Shown: positions 48,756 to 61,772 of the stretch, piece after piece
Numbering within the stretch: the first letter of the stretch is position 1
Layout: every line of letters begins with the position of its first letter
Assembly (NCBI GenBank): GCA_000182565.2
Contig: KQ257459.1
Direction: 5' to 3' (one strand)
Origin: Spizellomyces punctatus DAOM BR117
Lineage: Eukaryota
Length of the DNA: 64,000 bases
Made by a program: the position numbers and the translations under genes
Notes under the pieces: generated by a model
Told to the model about the DNA's origin: nothing
Databases searched by the model: none
Seen by the model: the letters and a program-made list of their open reading frames with translations, nothing else

Positions 48756-50458
48756 TCATTGACTTCGGTGGTGGCCTTGCACTGCAAGTGGAGCAGACCC
48801 GACTTGCTCGGATTCCTGTGCAGCGGGCACACCACTCGCGGACGGATCAGGAGTCGCAGGAGACGGAACAGGTGTCTGCGGCGTATTCTCACTATTCTCA
48901 TCCTCATTGTTGGTCTCGGCTTCTTGTAAAGACCGTCGTATAGCTTCCATAATCATCAACTCTTCCAAATCAGCGCCCATGTTCCGCATCGCTACACCAC
49001 GTTAATACACTTTTACGAGCAATAAAAAAAAAAGAATGTACATACCTTCCAGATAATTCATGCCCAAATCCCCACCGGCTAATCTATCTCTTGGTGGCCT
49101 TCGTCGCTGACTTGCAGTATCATGACCAGACCTTCGAGACCGAGACGAACCGGATTGAGGTGATACACCCGTCATACTCTCTACCAACGCTGCAGCGGCC
49201 GCAGCTGCCCCAGAAAGGTCGCGGTCAGGATCAAGCCTTTAAAAGAAACGGAAAGAAAAGAATTTTAGTCAAAAGTCTTTTGCAAGAGAAAGAACAAGAA
49301 ATGTACATTCGCCGTCGTGATGAGCTGCCACCGTGCTGTCCCAGAGGAAAGGTCATACGTCGTTGGTTCGCCGCACGCACTAACGCGAGTTGCTGTTGTT
49401 TTCGCAACCAGTCCGGTCGAAGATCATCTATATCGTTACATTTTTGTCTGTCATTACCTTTTCACATTCCCCCAATAAACGAATCACTAGTCCCACTTAC
49501 CGGATGTAACGACCAGCGCACTCTTATGACTGACACTCTGTCTTCGTTTTGATGTGACTGGCGGGAGGGGAGGTGCCAACATTTCCTTTTGCTCAGGCCC
49601 ACCAGCCCCATGCGCAGGCCCACCATTCTTTTCTTCCTTGAATGCCTCGGGATAGGCTTCCATCAATTTAATCTTATATTCCGGGGACCCCGGCGGATGA
49701 TACAGAATCCCAAAGTTGGCTTCAACACAAAATGGACATGAGGCGGGTTCTAACGTTGCTTCGGGGCGTTTAATTTGCACAAAGCACTCTGTACAAATGG
49801 GTTGATCACAACAGCGGGAATAGTTGACGTTTGCAGGGTAGTACTATTCAGAAAATGATTGTCAGCAACTGTGTTTTTACAAAATCATTTTTTCATGACT
49901 TTTCATTACCAAAAAGCAAATGGGGCATTCAATGGGATACTTGTAAAGGTCTTCTGCACGAATCAGTGACAGAGACTCTTGCGCCACCAACTGGCTAGGC
50001 ATCGACACCGACCGCTTTCCTTTCAATGAAAATGTACTGGATGAGGAAGACGAAGGTTGACGGTCGTGGCTGGTCCGCCGTGCCGGAGTCCAGGCCAACC
50101 CATCACGTGCAGAGATGGAGAAGCCTTCGGGTACCACACTGGCTCTACGACTTGTTGAGCCAGAGGACACTGGTGGCGTAGGTGTCGGAGCGATTTCGGG
50201 TTTGTCGGTCATCTCGGCCAGTCCTTTGTAGAAAGGTGACATTCGGCGTTCTACGATAAGGCGCTTGACGACCTGTATATCCCAGTCTTGTGGCGAGTTT
50301 GGATATACTCCATCCTTGAATGGGATCACTTGCTACATGATGGTCAACAAATGTCAATGGTCGTCCATACTCTTTTCAAGCGTTGGATCACATACCCCCT
50401 CGTCCACTCTGATATCGGCGATATCGTCCTCCTTTGCCTTTGCAAATGAGTTGCCCAT
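48756..50458 (-). CDS. SIP5: Sip5-like RING-type zinc-finger protein (Snf1-Reg1/Glc7 regulator), multi-exon
   Basis: MGNS start, [79 protein letters not shown]-like [15 protein letters not shown]. The true 3' end may extend to 48518. Confidence 0.92.
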
Positions 50459-51355
50459 GTTTTCACAAAAGGATGGATAGGGATATCTAGCACAAGGTAT
50501 ACCTGCACGATCAAACATAATAGAAAGTAACGATTTAGAACGAGTATCTCGTCGCAAACGATTGCCAGGTAATGTGTTTTGGACATGGATGAAAGATCAC
50601 TGCAAAGTCCAGGTTCTTGTGATGCAATGGTCATTGCCCTCAATCTCCCCACACTCTGGCATTCGACAGACAGTCCACCCCTTGCTTCACATTACCTCAC
50701 ACGTCAGAGACAGCAGAACCCAACTTTAAAGAACGGGGTACGAAAACAAATGCCGGCCGGTCCCAAGACGACGGAAAAAGTCAGATTTGTTTTCGTTTTT
50801 CGGCTGTCAATGCGCCTCCTGACTTCGCTACACCGATCCGATAACCGTTTTTTTTGTCCAAAGTAGACTCGTTGAGGTCGAAACAGCTTTCTAAAATTGT
50901 TGCCCAACAAAAAAAAAGGGAGAGACACACACAGTTACAATGGGCCGTGATCCCTTTTGTCAAACCCTGCATCCTTGCTCATCCGCTTACCAGAAAGCCT
51001 TTTGAATACGTCTTGGCGCTTTTCGTTTCTCGCTTCCGCAAATACCCAAACTAGACGAACGCAGCACTTGCAAACCTCCAGTAACAAAAAGAAAAGCCGT
51101 AAAAGCGGTAATGACCCCCAAATGCCTTCCTTCCCAAATTGCACCTTCCTCGTTGCAGTCCCAGCAAAGCTTACAGTTTGGCTACCACGCGTTGAGGCCA
51201 AGGCAGAGATACGGTTACTAAGCATGTGATGTGGTAGTTTTGACTCATCTCATGTGATTTGCGTGATAAACAAAGCGCATTTTGCGATATTCCATTTGGG
51301 GTATTGGAAAAAAATAATCATTTAAAGGTTCATTTTTTAATAGATGACATGGTAT

Positions 51356-52924
51356 TTACAATAGATGCGAAATGCCTCGTGTAAAATCAAATACTTTCAC
51401 CGCTCCATTGGCAAGTCCCCATGCAATATGTCCATCGCCTACCTCCACCACACCTCGTACAATCTTTCCATTGAACGTGAGTTTTCTAGAGGCTCCTCCG
51501 ACCCATGGTTCGTATATATACACGTCTGCGCCTGCCCTTCTTTTCAGCCATATGAAGCTGGATGTTGCTCCCAAGTCCCGCGTCCACAACGACGAAGTTG
51601 GCACATGAATGGGGATGCACACGGACTTTTGCCTCTCGGGAGAGACACGTTCAAACCATACACCATCGTCATTACTACTTATAATATACCCGTGAGTAAA
51701 TCCGTAGTCGAACATTTGCTTTTGGGAGTCCTTTGATCGGTGGATCTGGTCCAATTGTTTGCCGGTGCGATCATAAATAACTACCAAATCACCTTGTAAT
51801 GATACCAAATATTCCCCGTAAAGCCCAAAAAAGGAGCGCTGAGCATAAAAGTGCTATTAGCTTACAAGTGAGGAATCCATTGGGTTTTTATGGATGCCTT
51901 ACATGGTCAAAGTGATCTGGTTTTATAATCCCCACAGTTTCTCCAGTTCGCAACTCCCATATCCAAATACTTCCATCTTGTGCGGAAGAGTATACACGAT
52001 TACAATGCAGTCGCACCTCAATGATCGAGCATGTGTGTCCGTCCAATGTGCGAATAAGGTTCTTGGTTCGTAGATCCCAAATGTATATTCTCCTAAAATC
52101 ACGCGGCCGTAAACATACGACAAGTACGTCTAAAACCTCTGCGCGTTCTTTGCAGCACGTACCTATCAAAACTTGCAATAACAATCACACCATCTTCACC
52201 TGAAATCTCAAAGTCCACCGAAATGACAGTTCCACCCTCAAGTTCAGCGATGCAACTTTGTTTGTCAAGATCCCACACTTTGACAGTCCGATCGTAGGAT
52301 CCACTGACCATAATGTTCTTTTTGATTCGTACGGCGTGCACTTTGTCGCTATGCAGGTCAAGGACATACTCCACAGGTGAATTGTGAAAGAAATTGTAAT
52401 GTTTGGCGCAGGTGTGTTTTGCATGTGGGTCCAGTTGTCTTGGTATGCGCCAAGGACACCGTCGGTGCATCTCGTCGAGGCGCTGCTGCCATAATGCTGC
52501 GGTATTTTTGAACGTATGCCATGTACGAGATACCTTTAAAAGCGAAACATTGAATGAATGCCTACGAATGCGTGCATCGCAAACATAACAGGCGTTGTCT
52601 TCCTACTCGACCCATGGCGCCCAAATCCGGGATATCAAGATATCGGGCAACTTTCAGTGAAATCTCCAAAGGAAGTTGTCCAACAAAGTCTACTGTCTCC
52701 GTACGCTTTGCTTTGAGGAGCGGTAAGAGCGTCTCGACATCGCCATACTTGCATTTCTTGACGAGCTCGGCGAGACTAAACTAAACGGGGTCAGCGCAAT
52801 TGACGTGCAGTCTCGACACGAATGTAACATACAATGCTCGACGTGTCGCTGCGGATGAGGAGGAAAAGGCCTCAATAGCCTTGTTCAGTTCGTCTGGCAA
52901 CTTTACTGTGCCCATCTCACCCAT
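51356..52924 (-). CDS. F-box/WD40-repeat protein (Cdc4/Met30/beta-TrCP-like architecture), multi-exon
   Basis: F-box DFVGQLPLEISLKVARYLDIPDLGAMGRVSRTW (spliced). WD40 repeats HSDKVHAV...MVSGSYDRTVKVWDL and GHTCSI...YSSAQDGSIWIWEL. Ends VKVFDF. Confidence 0.92.
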
Positions 52925-53148
52925 GACCCATCACATTCTTCAAAAGCACAGCCCAACATTTGAACTATGAACTGGCGATGCTTGCAATTTAGCCAAAATA
53001 GGCAAGTCCTGCATACGTCATCCATTTTGAAAGATTATAAACAAAACCCCATCGCAAAGTTCCTCGGTGGAAACTCAGATCTTACCCATCATCGCGCACT
53101 AATTCAGAAACAATAACAATAATACAGTAAATAAACTATGTCCAAAGT

Positions 53149-56100
53149 CTAACCATGCCATACGCTTGCATTCGATGCTACGGAATCTCTTCCTCTAAAA
53201 GAGAACCCATCTACGTCATTCAACCCACGGTCCAAAGATCCAGACGGAGTGAGAGACGGTGGCTCTTCTGTGAATTGCTCATCAAAGAAGCTGACGTCGT
53301 AGTCGTCTCTCTGTCATCCATGCCACCAGTTTTAGTCATACGGCCTTAACAATAATATGACACATCCAAAACTCACCAGTTCTGGTCTGAAAGGTACTTC
53401 TACCTCCTTATTAAACAGCTTGATCCAGTCTACACCCTTGAAGAATGCATGCTGCTGTACCATCTTTCGCACCAATCTTTTCGCAGGGTTTCGGTCTAGG
53501 ATTCTGTGAATGAAATCTTGTGCCAGAGGTGATACGTGCGACGGGAATTCGATGGGCGCGTCGAGGATGTTTAACCGGATCTCTTCGCGGTCTTCAGAGT
53601 AAAAGGGATGGAAACCGCAAAGCATTTCAAATACCACCACACCGTAAGCCCAATAGTCGGCTGCTGCGGTGTGCGGATGTCCTTGCAACACTTCTGGAGC
53701 CTAATCATGAATGTCAACAATAGTCAGCACATGAAAACAGCATCTTATATCATGGAGTTGAAGCATACCAGATATTCCAACGTTCCAACCACAGAGATTG
53801 TATCAGAGTCTTCATCTTCTGGGATGTCATTCTCGTTTTCATGCTTACTGAGTCCGAAATCCGTGATTTTGACATGCCCGTCCCTCGTTAATAGGATATT
53901 TTCTAGTTTCAGATCTCTAGAAATTCCAAACAACAGGTGAGTTACTTTTCTTGGGGGGAGGGTATGAGCGTACCATGACAGTAACTTACCGATAAATAAT
54001 ACCTTTCCCATGAAGACATTCCAAACCCAATAACAACTCTGCAGCATAAAACCGAACTCTCTCCTCCGAAAATCGGCCAAAGTGACTAACGTGAAAGTAC
54101 AACTCCCCACCGTTCACATACTCCATTACCAGATAAAGACGCTCGGGTGATTGGAATGCGTAGTGAAGACCAACGATGAAGGGGTGGTGAATTGAGCGCA
54201 AGATACGGCTTTCTGTTCGTGGATCGGTGGACGTTGGAGAAGAAGGAACATCTGTGTCTATAGACGCTTGCGGTTTTGTGAGGACTTTGATGGCGTAGAC
54301 CTTTTGGGTTGATTTTCGACTGCAGAGCAGGACCTAAAGGTGTCAATGGATCAGCACTTGCACTCTAGTACGAAAGCGTGTGTCGGAGACTGTTTCTACC
54401 TTTGCAAACTTTCCTCTTCCAATAACTTTATGTATCTCAAAGTCCGCCATCGTCATTTTAACTTCCTTCTCCTTTCCTCCCACTTCCGGAATCTCACTGT
54501 TATCTTTCACCAAAGCCGGTTCCGCTCTTGCAAGCTCGGACGCTACCGGACTTGGCGAAGGTGCCTCACTTGGACTCTTCGTTTCGACTTCTTTCCCACC
54601 ACCCACGTGTGCACCCACTTTTAAGCAATTAACCCAGTCCGCATATTCACCCTCAGACCCGGCAGCCATGACAACCTTCTCCCCATTCTTTTGTAAAACC
54701 ACAAATACAAATGGGCGCTTGTACATTCCGGATTCTACTCTCTCCACAGCACATCCGTCCAATTGAATGATAATTGTGCCCCGCTCAGTAGCAAACGATG
54801 AGATGACTGCCTCGTTTTTTGTGCTTGGGCGAAGAATCAAGGTACGGTTATCGAGATTGACCCAATGTGACGTCCATGCTTTTTTGGTTGCGTTGTGAAT
54901 ATGTAACCAACCCTCTTTGTATAGTGTGGTCGGAATCTGAATCGGACGGTTCATGGCTCTACTGAACGAAGAGGAAGAAGAGGAAAAAGATGTAGTCCGG
55001 GGAATCGTCGAGACGGGTGCTGTAGTTGACGAGGAGAGCGCCTTGAAAACTTTGAAGAGCTCGCCGTATTCTGGTGAACTTTCTTCCTCGGCATTGACGC
55101 CAAAAAATCCTGCGAGTTTTGCAACACGTTTCGCGGAGGGTGCTTGTTGCTCTTCCAAAGTGTATGTACTCTCGAAGCTACGGAGTTCGTTATGGGATAT
55201 CTACATTGACGAGTACTTATTACTTGACATATTCTGCGTCGAGCTGGTGCAAGTGATACTTACCGGCTTATGCCTCAACAAGTTTTTAGTTGCCTTTCTC
55301 TTGAACAAGAAGAATTCATTATCTGTCCACTTTAGCATTATATCGTACATCTTCTCATCACCGTGCAGCTCCCGTTCATCTAGACAGCATCATTAGTATC
55401 ATCAGCTGAAAATCGAATGACGGTCCGGGGAAATAACTCACTTCCAGAATGCGGCGCACATAGAAACAGGCCATACTGTTCTCCTGTATCTTTAATCATC
55501 AACTTATTCATTAAGGCTAACTTTGCCTCTGCTACAGAGGCAGGCATTGGAAGACGGAGGTTACTGTAGGTAAGATTGCCAAAGTGAACACGAACAATGA
55601 ACTGAGATGCGGCGTTGGGGAGGGGTGGTGGTGGACCAATCGATAGCGGCTGATACGTTTGAGAGCGTTGGTTAGCCATTGAAAAAACATGTTCAAAGAT
55701 GGTCATCGTATAAAACATACTCTATCCCCTTTTGACGAACGTTTGGCGATCATACTTTGAATCTCATCCATCTCTTTCTGTTTTGCGATACCAAAAAAGT
55801 CTGCAAGCTTTTCTGTTCGTTTGGCTGGTTCCTATCGCATTCAAATTCTGTTAAGAACCGTGCGGAAACTGACAAACAAGCCACTTTCGTACACGAACCT
55901 GCGACGCAACTGTCCCTCCTGATGCAGCATTCATCAACTCGCCGGCTACTGAATGTCTCGATCGCAGATTGAACAAGGCAGCGCTGCTCTTTTTGCTCAC
56001 CGTTGCTGACATTGGGCGTGATGGCTTTTGATGGACAACTACCGGTGGATCAAAGAGAGAGCTGACCGATGCGGAAGCTGAGCGGCGACGGCTTTGGACA

Positions 56101-58350
56101 ACGTTAGCGGGTCCTGCATCACCTGTTGACACATTAGGATCCTGTCAGAGGTGAAATTGGTAGTCAACAAAAATGTGAGATGAAGAATGAGCAGTTTTCG
56201 GCGCAAGCTATCACAAACATACCTCTGGCTGGTTGAGGTTGATCAAACTCTTGCTACTGCTTCCCTTCAGAAGCCCCTCTTCGCTATAACTATCTCCACT
56301 CTTCCTCAAGGCCTTTGACGGCCGCCTCTGAGGTGAATTCACACTCTTCCGGTTCTCAATGCCGAGAACATATGCCAGCTTTTGTGATCTCAACGCGTCA
56401 TTACGTCGCTTGAGGTCTTCGGCTTCCCTCGCTTCTTTGACTACGAGAGCATCTAGGTCAGTACTGGATGGTAGACCGAGGATACCCGCCAGCTTGGCTG
56501 TGCGCTTGTGAACCTGCCAATGGGGGTAAGCAAACAATGGTATCAAAACCGTTTGACGTCCTTAGAGCTTTTCTTACCACTTTGCGGAACGAGTACTTGG
56601 AAGTTCGATTCCACGGTTCAAAAGGCTTCTCTGCTGGCTCCAGGAATCTCGATTCTGTTTCATCTGGGAACGTAATTTCAGCATTCAGGACTTCAACATG
56701 AAAAAATCCAGAGGATAACCGGGGCCATTCCTACCATTGACCCACAAACCCCACCCAATCTCCTCTTCCAACCCCTCAACAGCCACCAAGATCTTGACAA
56801 CATCCTCAACTTTGGTTTCCGATCCTACTACAATCCACCGAGTCTTTGACTTTTTTTCCTCTATTTGCACAGGTATTGACCACTTGATTTCTGATTTTCG
56901 GCGCAGACGGAGTTTAATTGTGGAGGGCGGTGGGGCATGTATGTGATCTATGGGTGTATTTGGATCTATGCGAGTTTCGATGGGGGTGCCTTAAAACAAA
57001 GAACAGCAGGCTTTTATTTAGCGTGCTGGACGGTAGTAGCTGACAGCATGCCCACAACACCTCACCATTCATTCCAACGTCCATTAGAAATACCCTAAAA
57101 CTCTCTAAAACCTCCACAACTCCCATCTTGTTCAAAGCCTCCATTCGTACTTCGTTGACGGTAGTGTTTGGAGATACGGTGAACATGTTGCAGGTATCGT
57201 CCTCCAAGTACATAAAAACAGGTACAGAGCCATCTGTCCGTAATGGTGCAGCCATCTTTGCGTCGTATAAAGGTTGTGCCTGTGGGGGAGCGGCATTCGG
57301 ATCCTCCAAGGTGGGAAATTGTAGAGCGAGAGGAGAGAAATTAAAAGTTGGAAGTTCGGTAGTGAGGGCGGTTGTGACATTATCATTAGGACTATCAGCG
57401 TCAACTCCTTTTGTATCGATTCGAAGCGGCCCGAGAGATGGACCTTGGCGTAGCGAATCGCTGGCATGAGATGCTTGTCGAGTATGTGCACCGGACGACG
57501 AACGAGGGCTATATGATTGTTGGGATGACAATCGGGCACCGCTTCCCGGAGGACCAAAATTGAGCGTACTTCGAGCACTCTCTGGGTACGAGCTGAATGC
57601 AAAGTTGCCCAACGAAAGGGTACTTCCAATCTCTGGTCCAAATCGCTCTTTTATCCGCTGTGAAAGCTCCTGCAGGTTGGAGAATGTGGGCAATTCATCG
57701 CTCTTGGTAACCGTAGATGCCGACGACATGGATTTACTGCGATCCAAGGAAGCCAAGGGCGAGTTTATATGGCTTAGAGAAAGTGCTGGCCCCATCCCAA
57801 TGACTGTCACTGGTCTTGACGGCTTCGTTGCGCTGCCTGGAACAGGCGGTGGTGGGGTGGCACTCCTCCTCGAGTTCAAGGAAGTACTTGGGGCATCTTC
57901 GAGAATCGGATCGTCTTTGATGAGCGTATGCTGCGTTGAAACTTTTGACAAATGTCTCTCGATTTTGAAGCTGGGCTCGAAAATGGGAAGACCAATATCC
58001 AAATCCTCCGTCTTCGTCAAAACTGAACTCTTGACAAATGTCCCACCGTCCATCCCCATAACATCGCCGCCATTTTCATCATCACAAGCACCTCGCAAAG
58101 CAGATGCGGTAACCAACGTCGGCGGATCTTCTGTGGGCCATAGTCTTTCCTCTAGTTTTCCATGATATCGAAATTCGTTGTCATTGTTCTCGCGTCTGCC
58201 CCATGCTCCACCTCTTGTCTTTGCATCTAACGTAGAGGAAACCGCTCCCGTCGGCTTCTTTTCCGGTAGTCCTGGAAGGTCAGCTAAGGCGGCAGGGTAT
58301 TTGTCTGATTGCGTGGCATCGATGGACTTTGACCGGCTATGCAAGGACAT
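53149..58350 (-). CDS. Akt/PKB-like AGC kinase with PH domain and three RA/ubiquitin-like domains, multi-exon
   Basis: Kinase: FEIHKVIGRGKFAKV, YAIK, HPFIVGLHYAFQ..RLYLVMEYVNGGELYFH, YRDLKLENILL, TDFGLSK, GTLEYLAPE. AGC tail PFRP...DVSFFDEQFTEEPPSLTP...VDGFSF. PH: KEGWL...W...EYADWVNCL. Three upstream beta-grasp-like segments ending in LRRK, SFRK and FKRK. Confidence 0.92.
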
Positions 58351-58824
58351 TATCGGGTTTTGGCCTTGAAGATAGTCATATAACAACCTCGTGAGAGTAG
58401 CTACTTTGTTTTAAATATATTCTTCACACTGCCCAAAAGAAAATAAAAAACTCCCCGAGCTGGCTTGTGCTTGACCAAAAACTCAGCTGACAGCACGTTT
58501 TAGCTTCGTAAGTTAACTTGTATTAGTTATGAGGTTCCCAGCTACCGGGGGAATGCACAGTATTCCTTGACGGTAGCGTATGGATGGCTCCAATAATACT
58601 TTGTAAATTAAAAGAGCACCAGACAATGGATGCTATTTATAGGTGGATTCCATATTCATTCGATAGGACAATAAACCGAGGGTGATCGGCAGAGCATGTA
58701 AATTGCGCAAGAAATTACGATAACATGTTTGAAAACAAAAGTTACAGGAAATGGACATTCTAAAGACAGCATTTTGAAAAGAAAAAAAAAAAAAAGTTTC
58801 TACTACATCACATCTAGGATATGC

Positions 58825-61772
58825 TCAGAGTTGCGATTTGTTTGGTAGAGCAGGGACAGCCTCCCTCACATATCCTTCTCTAGATTCAACTTTTCTCCAT
58901 TCTCTTTCGTCGACATTATCCTCTTCATCACTGTTTCCTTCTGTCTGAACACCACTTACACTTGTATGATTGTTTTTACCCTTTTTGCGGTGCTTGGTGA
59001 TAACCGTTTCATTATGGTCATTAGCGGGTTTGTGCCCGAGACTCGTCTGAGATAGACGAAGGCTGGCGCGAGAACCGAGTTCGTTTAGTTTCGTCAATTT
59101 ACTGGATGTTTCTTCGTCGTCATCGTTGTCTAGTTCGTTTGATTCTGCAGGCTGCTTCTTTTTAGTGATCTTGTTGGTTTTTTGGTGTTCTGATGGTGGT
59201 TCGCTTTCAGAGGAGGACTTGTGCGTTTTGTGGGTAGAGCTGGTTGTCGACTCGTCCTCGGTAGTGTGATCTGGCCGCGACTTTTGTAGTGTACGGGTGG
59301 ATCTGGTTGTAGACTCGTCATCTGAAGTAACATCCGGCCGTGACTTTTGCACCAGTTTACGGGTGGATTTGGTAGTAATTGCCTCGTCCTCTGAAACATC
59401 CGGTCGTGACTTTTGCAGCAGTTTACGGGTGGATTTTGTTGTCCCCTCGCTGTCATTGTTCCTAATGTCTGATCGCGACTTGTGGGAATTGGACTGCATA
59501 ACACGAACTTCGCCAGATTCACCGTACACCTCGTGCGCATCTGATGACGGCTCCGGAGTGACGATTTCTTCAATTTGGTGGTCAGTTACTTCGGTAGGAG
59601 GTCTGGCAATATGCTTGCGGCGTGTAGTGATTTCCTCGTCGTTTTCACTTTCCGCCTCTGCCGCCGCTTTCTTGGGCTTGGATTTGCCGGTTAGAATCTC
59701 TTCCTCGTCATCGGTAACATGCTTTTGTTTTCTGCTGCGAACGGTGGTGGTTTCCTCGTCGTCCTCATGTACCTCTGCATTGGTTGCTTTCTTCCCCGGG
59801 TGAGACTTTACGGTCTTTTCCACTTCGTCCTTTTGTTCTTGTCCTTGCTTTTTCCCTCCTTTGTTGGTAACGGGTGCGACTTTCTCTTCCTCCCGGGCGC
59901 GGACGGCAGCAGGTTCCGCGATCTCCTCCTTGCTTTTGTATATTTTGCGGTACTTGTGGGGACTACCAATGCGTTCTTGTGAGGTCTCAACTGGTGTTCT
60001 GCTTGTTTGAGATACGTCGCGTCCTTCGTCGTGTTTTCGAGCGACCTGTTCTGATGCTTTCTTGGGCTTTGCTTGTTCAACTTTCTCTACGCGTTTCGCC
60101 TCTGCAGGGGCCTGTTTGGAATTGGGCTGTTTGCTTACCACTTTCTTGTGTGCGGCTGGTTCAACAAGCTCGTTTTCTGGTACATGTGGAGGCTGGCTAC
60201 TCGACCTCTTGGCCTTCACCTTCTTCCGTATGCGAGCGGCCATCTCCCCCAATCTCCGACCTCGTCCACTGTCGCTTTCCTCATCCTCAGTAGCTTCCTC
60301 GGTCACCGCTGGGTGTCCTTTCTTTGGCAATTTGCGGATGCCTGCCATAAACTCATTTCTCTGTGTCTGCCCCGCTAGCCCCTTGACAGGATGTTCAGAG
60401 ACAATGGGTGCATTGACATTATATTTACCGCGGATGAAGGGATCATTGTTCGAGACGACCACGTAGGCCCCGTTATGTGTCAGCTCATCGACGGATTGAA
60501 TGCGGTGGCCGTCGAGGGCATAGAGCTTCTGAATCATACCCGTCACGAGGTGAATCTGGGTATTGAGATTCTCCAAGAGCTGTAACGGGCGACCTTTCAG
60601 CTTACATTGACATCCATCTCTTCAAAGGCAAACTGGTCACCTACCCTCTGTAGATTTGGGAACCGCTTTTTGGTAACCGTGACAGTTTGTCCAATATGAT
60701 ACAAATCTCCATTTGGAAAAAACGTTACAACACGGGGAAACTGCAAGCATTCAAAAAAAGCATAAGAAAAGTCTCCCCAACATTTGTGCCAGAACGTTCG
60801 ACTTACGTCGTCTTCATGTTTGTTAGCCTGTGCAGGATGCTCTATATGGTATGTTGTTTGCTTGAAACCGTCCGCAACGGCTGCAACCAGGTTCTGCCCA
60901 TCATGAATCTGACGGAGATTGCTAATTTTGTGACCATTTTCTGCGTCGTAAAGTCTTCGGACGCTGATGCGGAGGAGTTCTGTAAGGTTTTTGAGGAGCT
61001 GAGGGAAATGGCGTTAATAAATCAACAGAAATGCATTGAGCATTAAGAAAAGGTGTAAATAGTAACGTACCTGATCAAATGTTCGACAGTTTCGGTAGTT
61101 CAAAATCATCTTGATTCCAGCAGATGCACCATCCCCATTTGTGAAGACGGTGACTTTGTAGGCTTTGCTCTGCACCAAACCAATTGCCGTTAGAAAATGC
61201 TTTTACAACGCAGTAGCGTGATACTCACTGTAGGTCCAAAGATGGGTCGCTCTGGCTCTTTCTTACGCCGCTCTTGCACCTCCTTTGGCGCCTTCGAAGT
61301 TCCAAACCGCTCCTTGATAATATTCACTCCCCACCCACTCGGACGCTTTGTTCGGATGAGGGCAGACTTTTCTCTGGATTCACTATCGCCATTTGTCATG
61401 CCGGACACGGCTGATGGGGGTATATCGGCGGTAATGAGGTAGGGCACCTTTTTGAAACTTTCGCCACCTGTTGCCACGTAGACGGCGCCATCTTTCAGGT
61501 CGTCTAGTGTTCGGATGATGTGACCGTCGAGGGTGAATACTTTGCGGACAGCGCCATTGACGAGGTTGATCTCGTCAGAGAGTCTGGAAAGAAACTGGAT
61601 AACAAACTAAGCGTTCAGTTGCATCAAACAATCGTATTCGGCCAGTACAAATGTATACCTGTTCAAAGTTGCGGTAGACTCGGGTGTTGATCACCAACTT
61701 CTTCCCTGGCTCATACAAGTCTCCGTTGCGGAATACTCGAATCCGTTTACTTCGGAACTCGTCGAGAGACAT
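58825..61772 (-). CDS. Doublecortin-domain protein (DCDC2-like) with three DCX domains and a long charged tail, multi-exon
   Basis: DCX1 KRIRVFRNGD...AVRKVFTLDGH..LDDLKDGAVYVATGGESF. DCX2 KVTVFTNGD...VRRLYDAENGH..IHDGQNLVA. DCX3 VVTFFPNGD...IQKLYALDGH..VDELTHNGAYVV. Confidence 0.92.
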
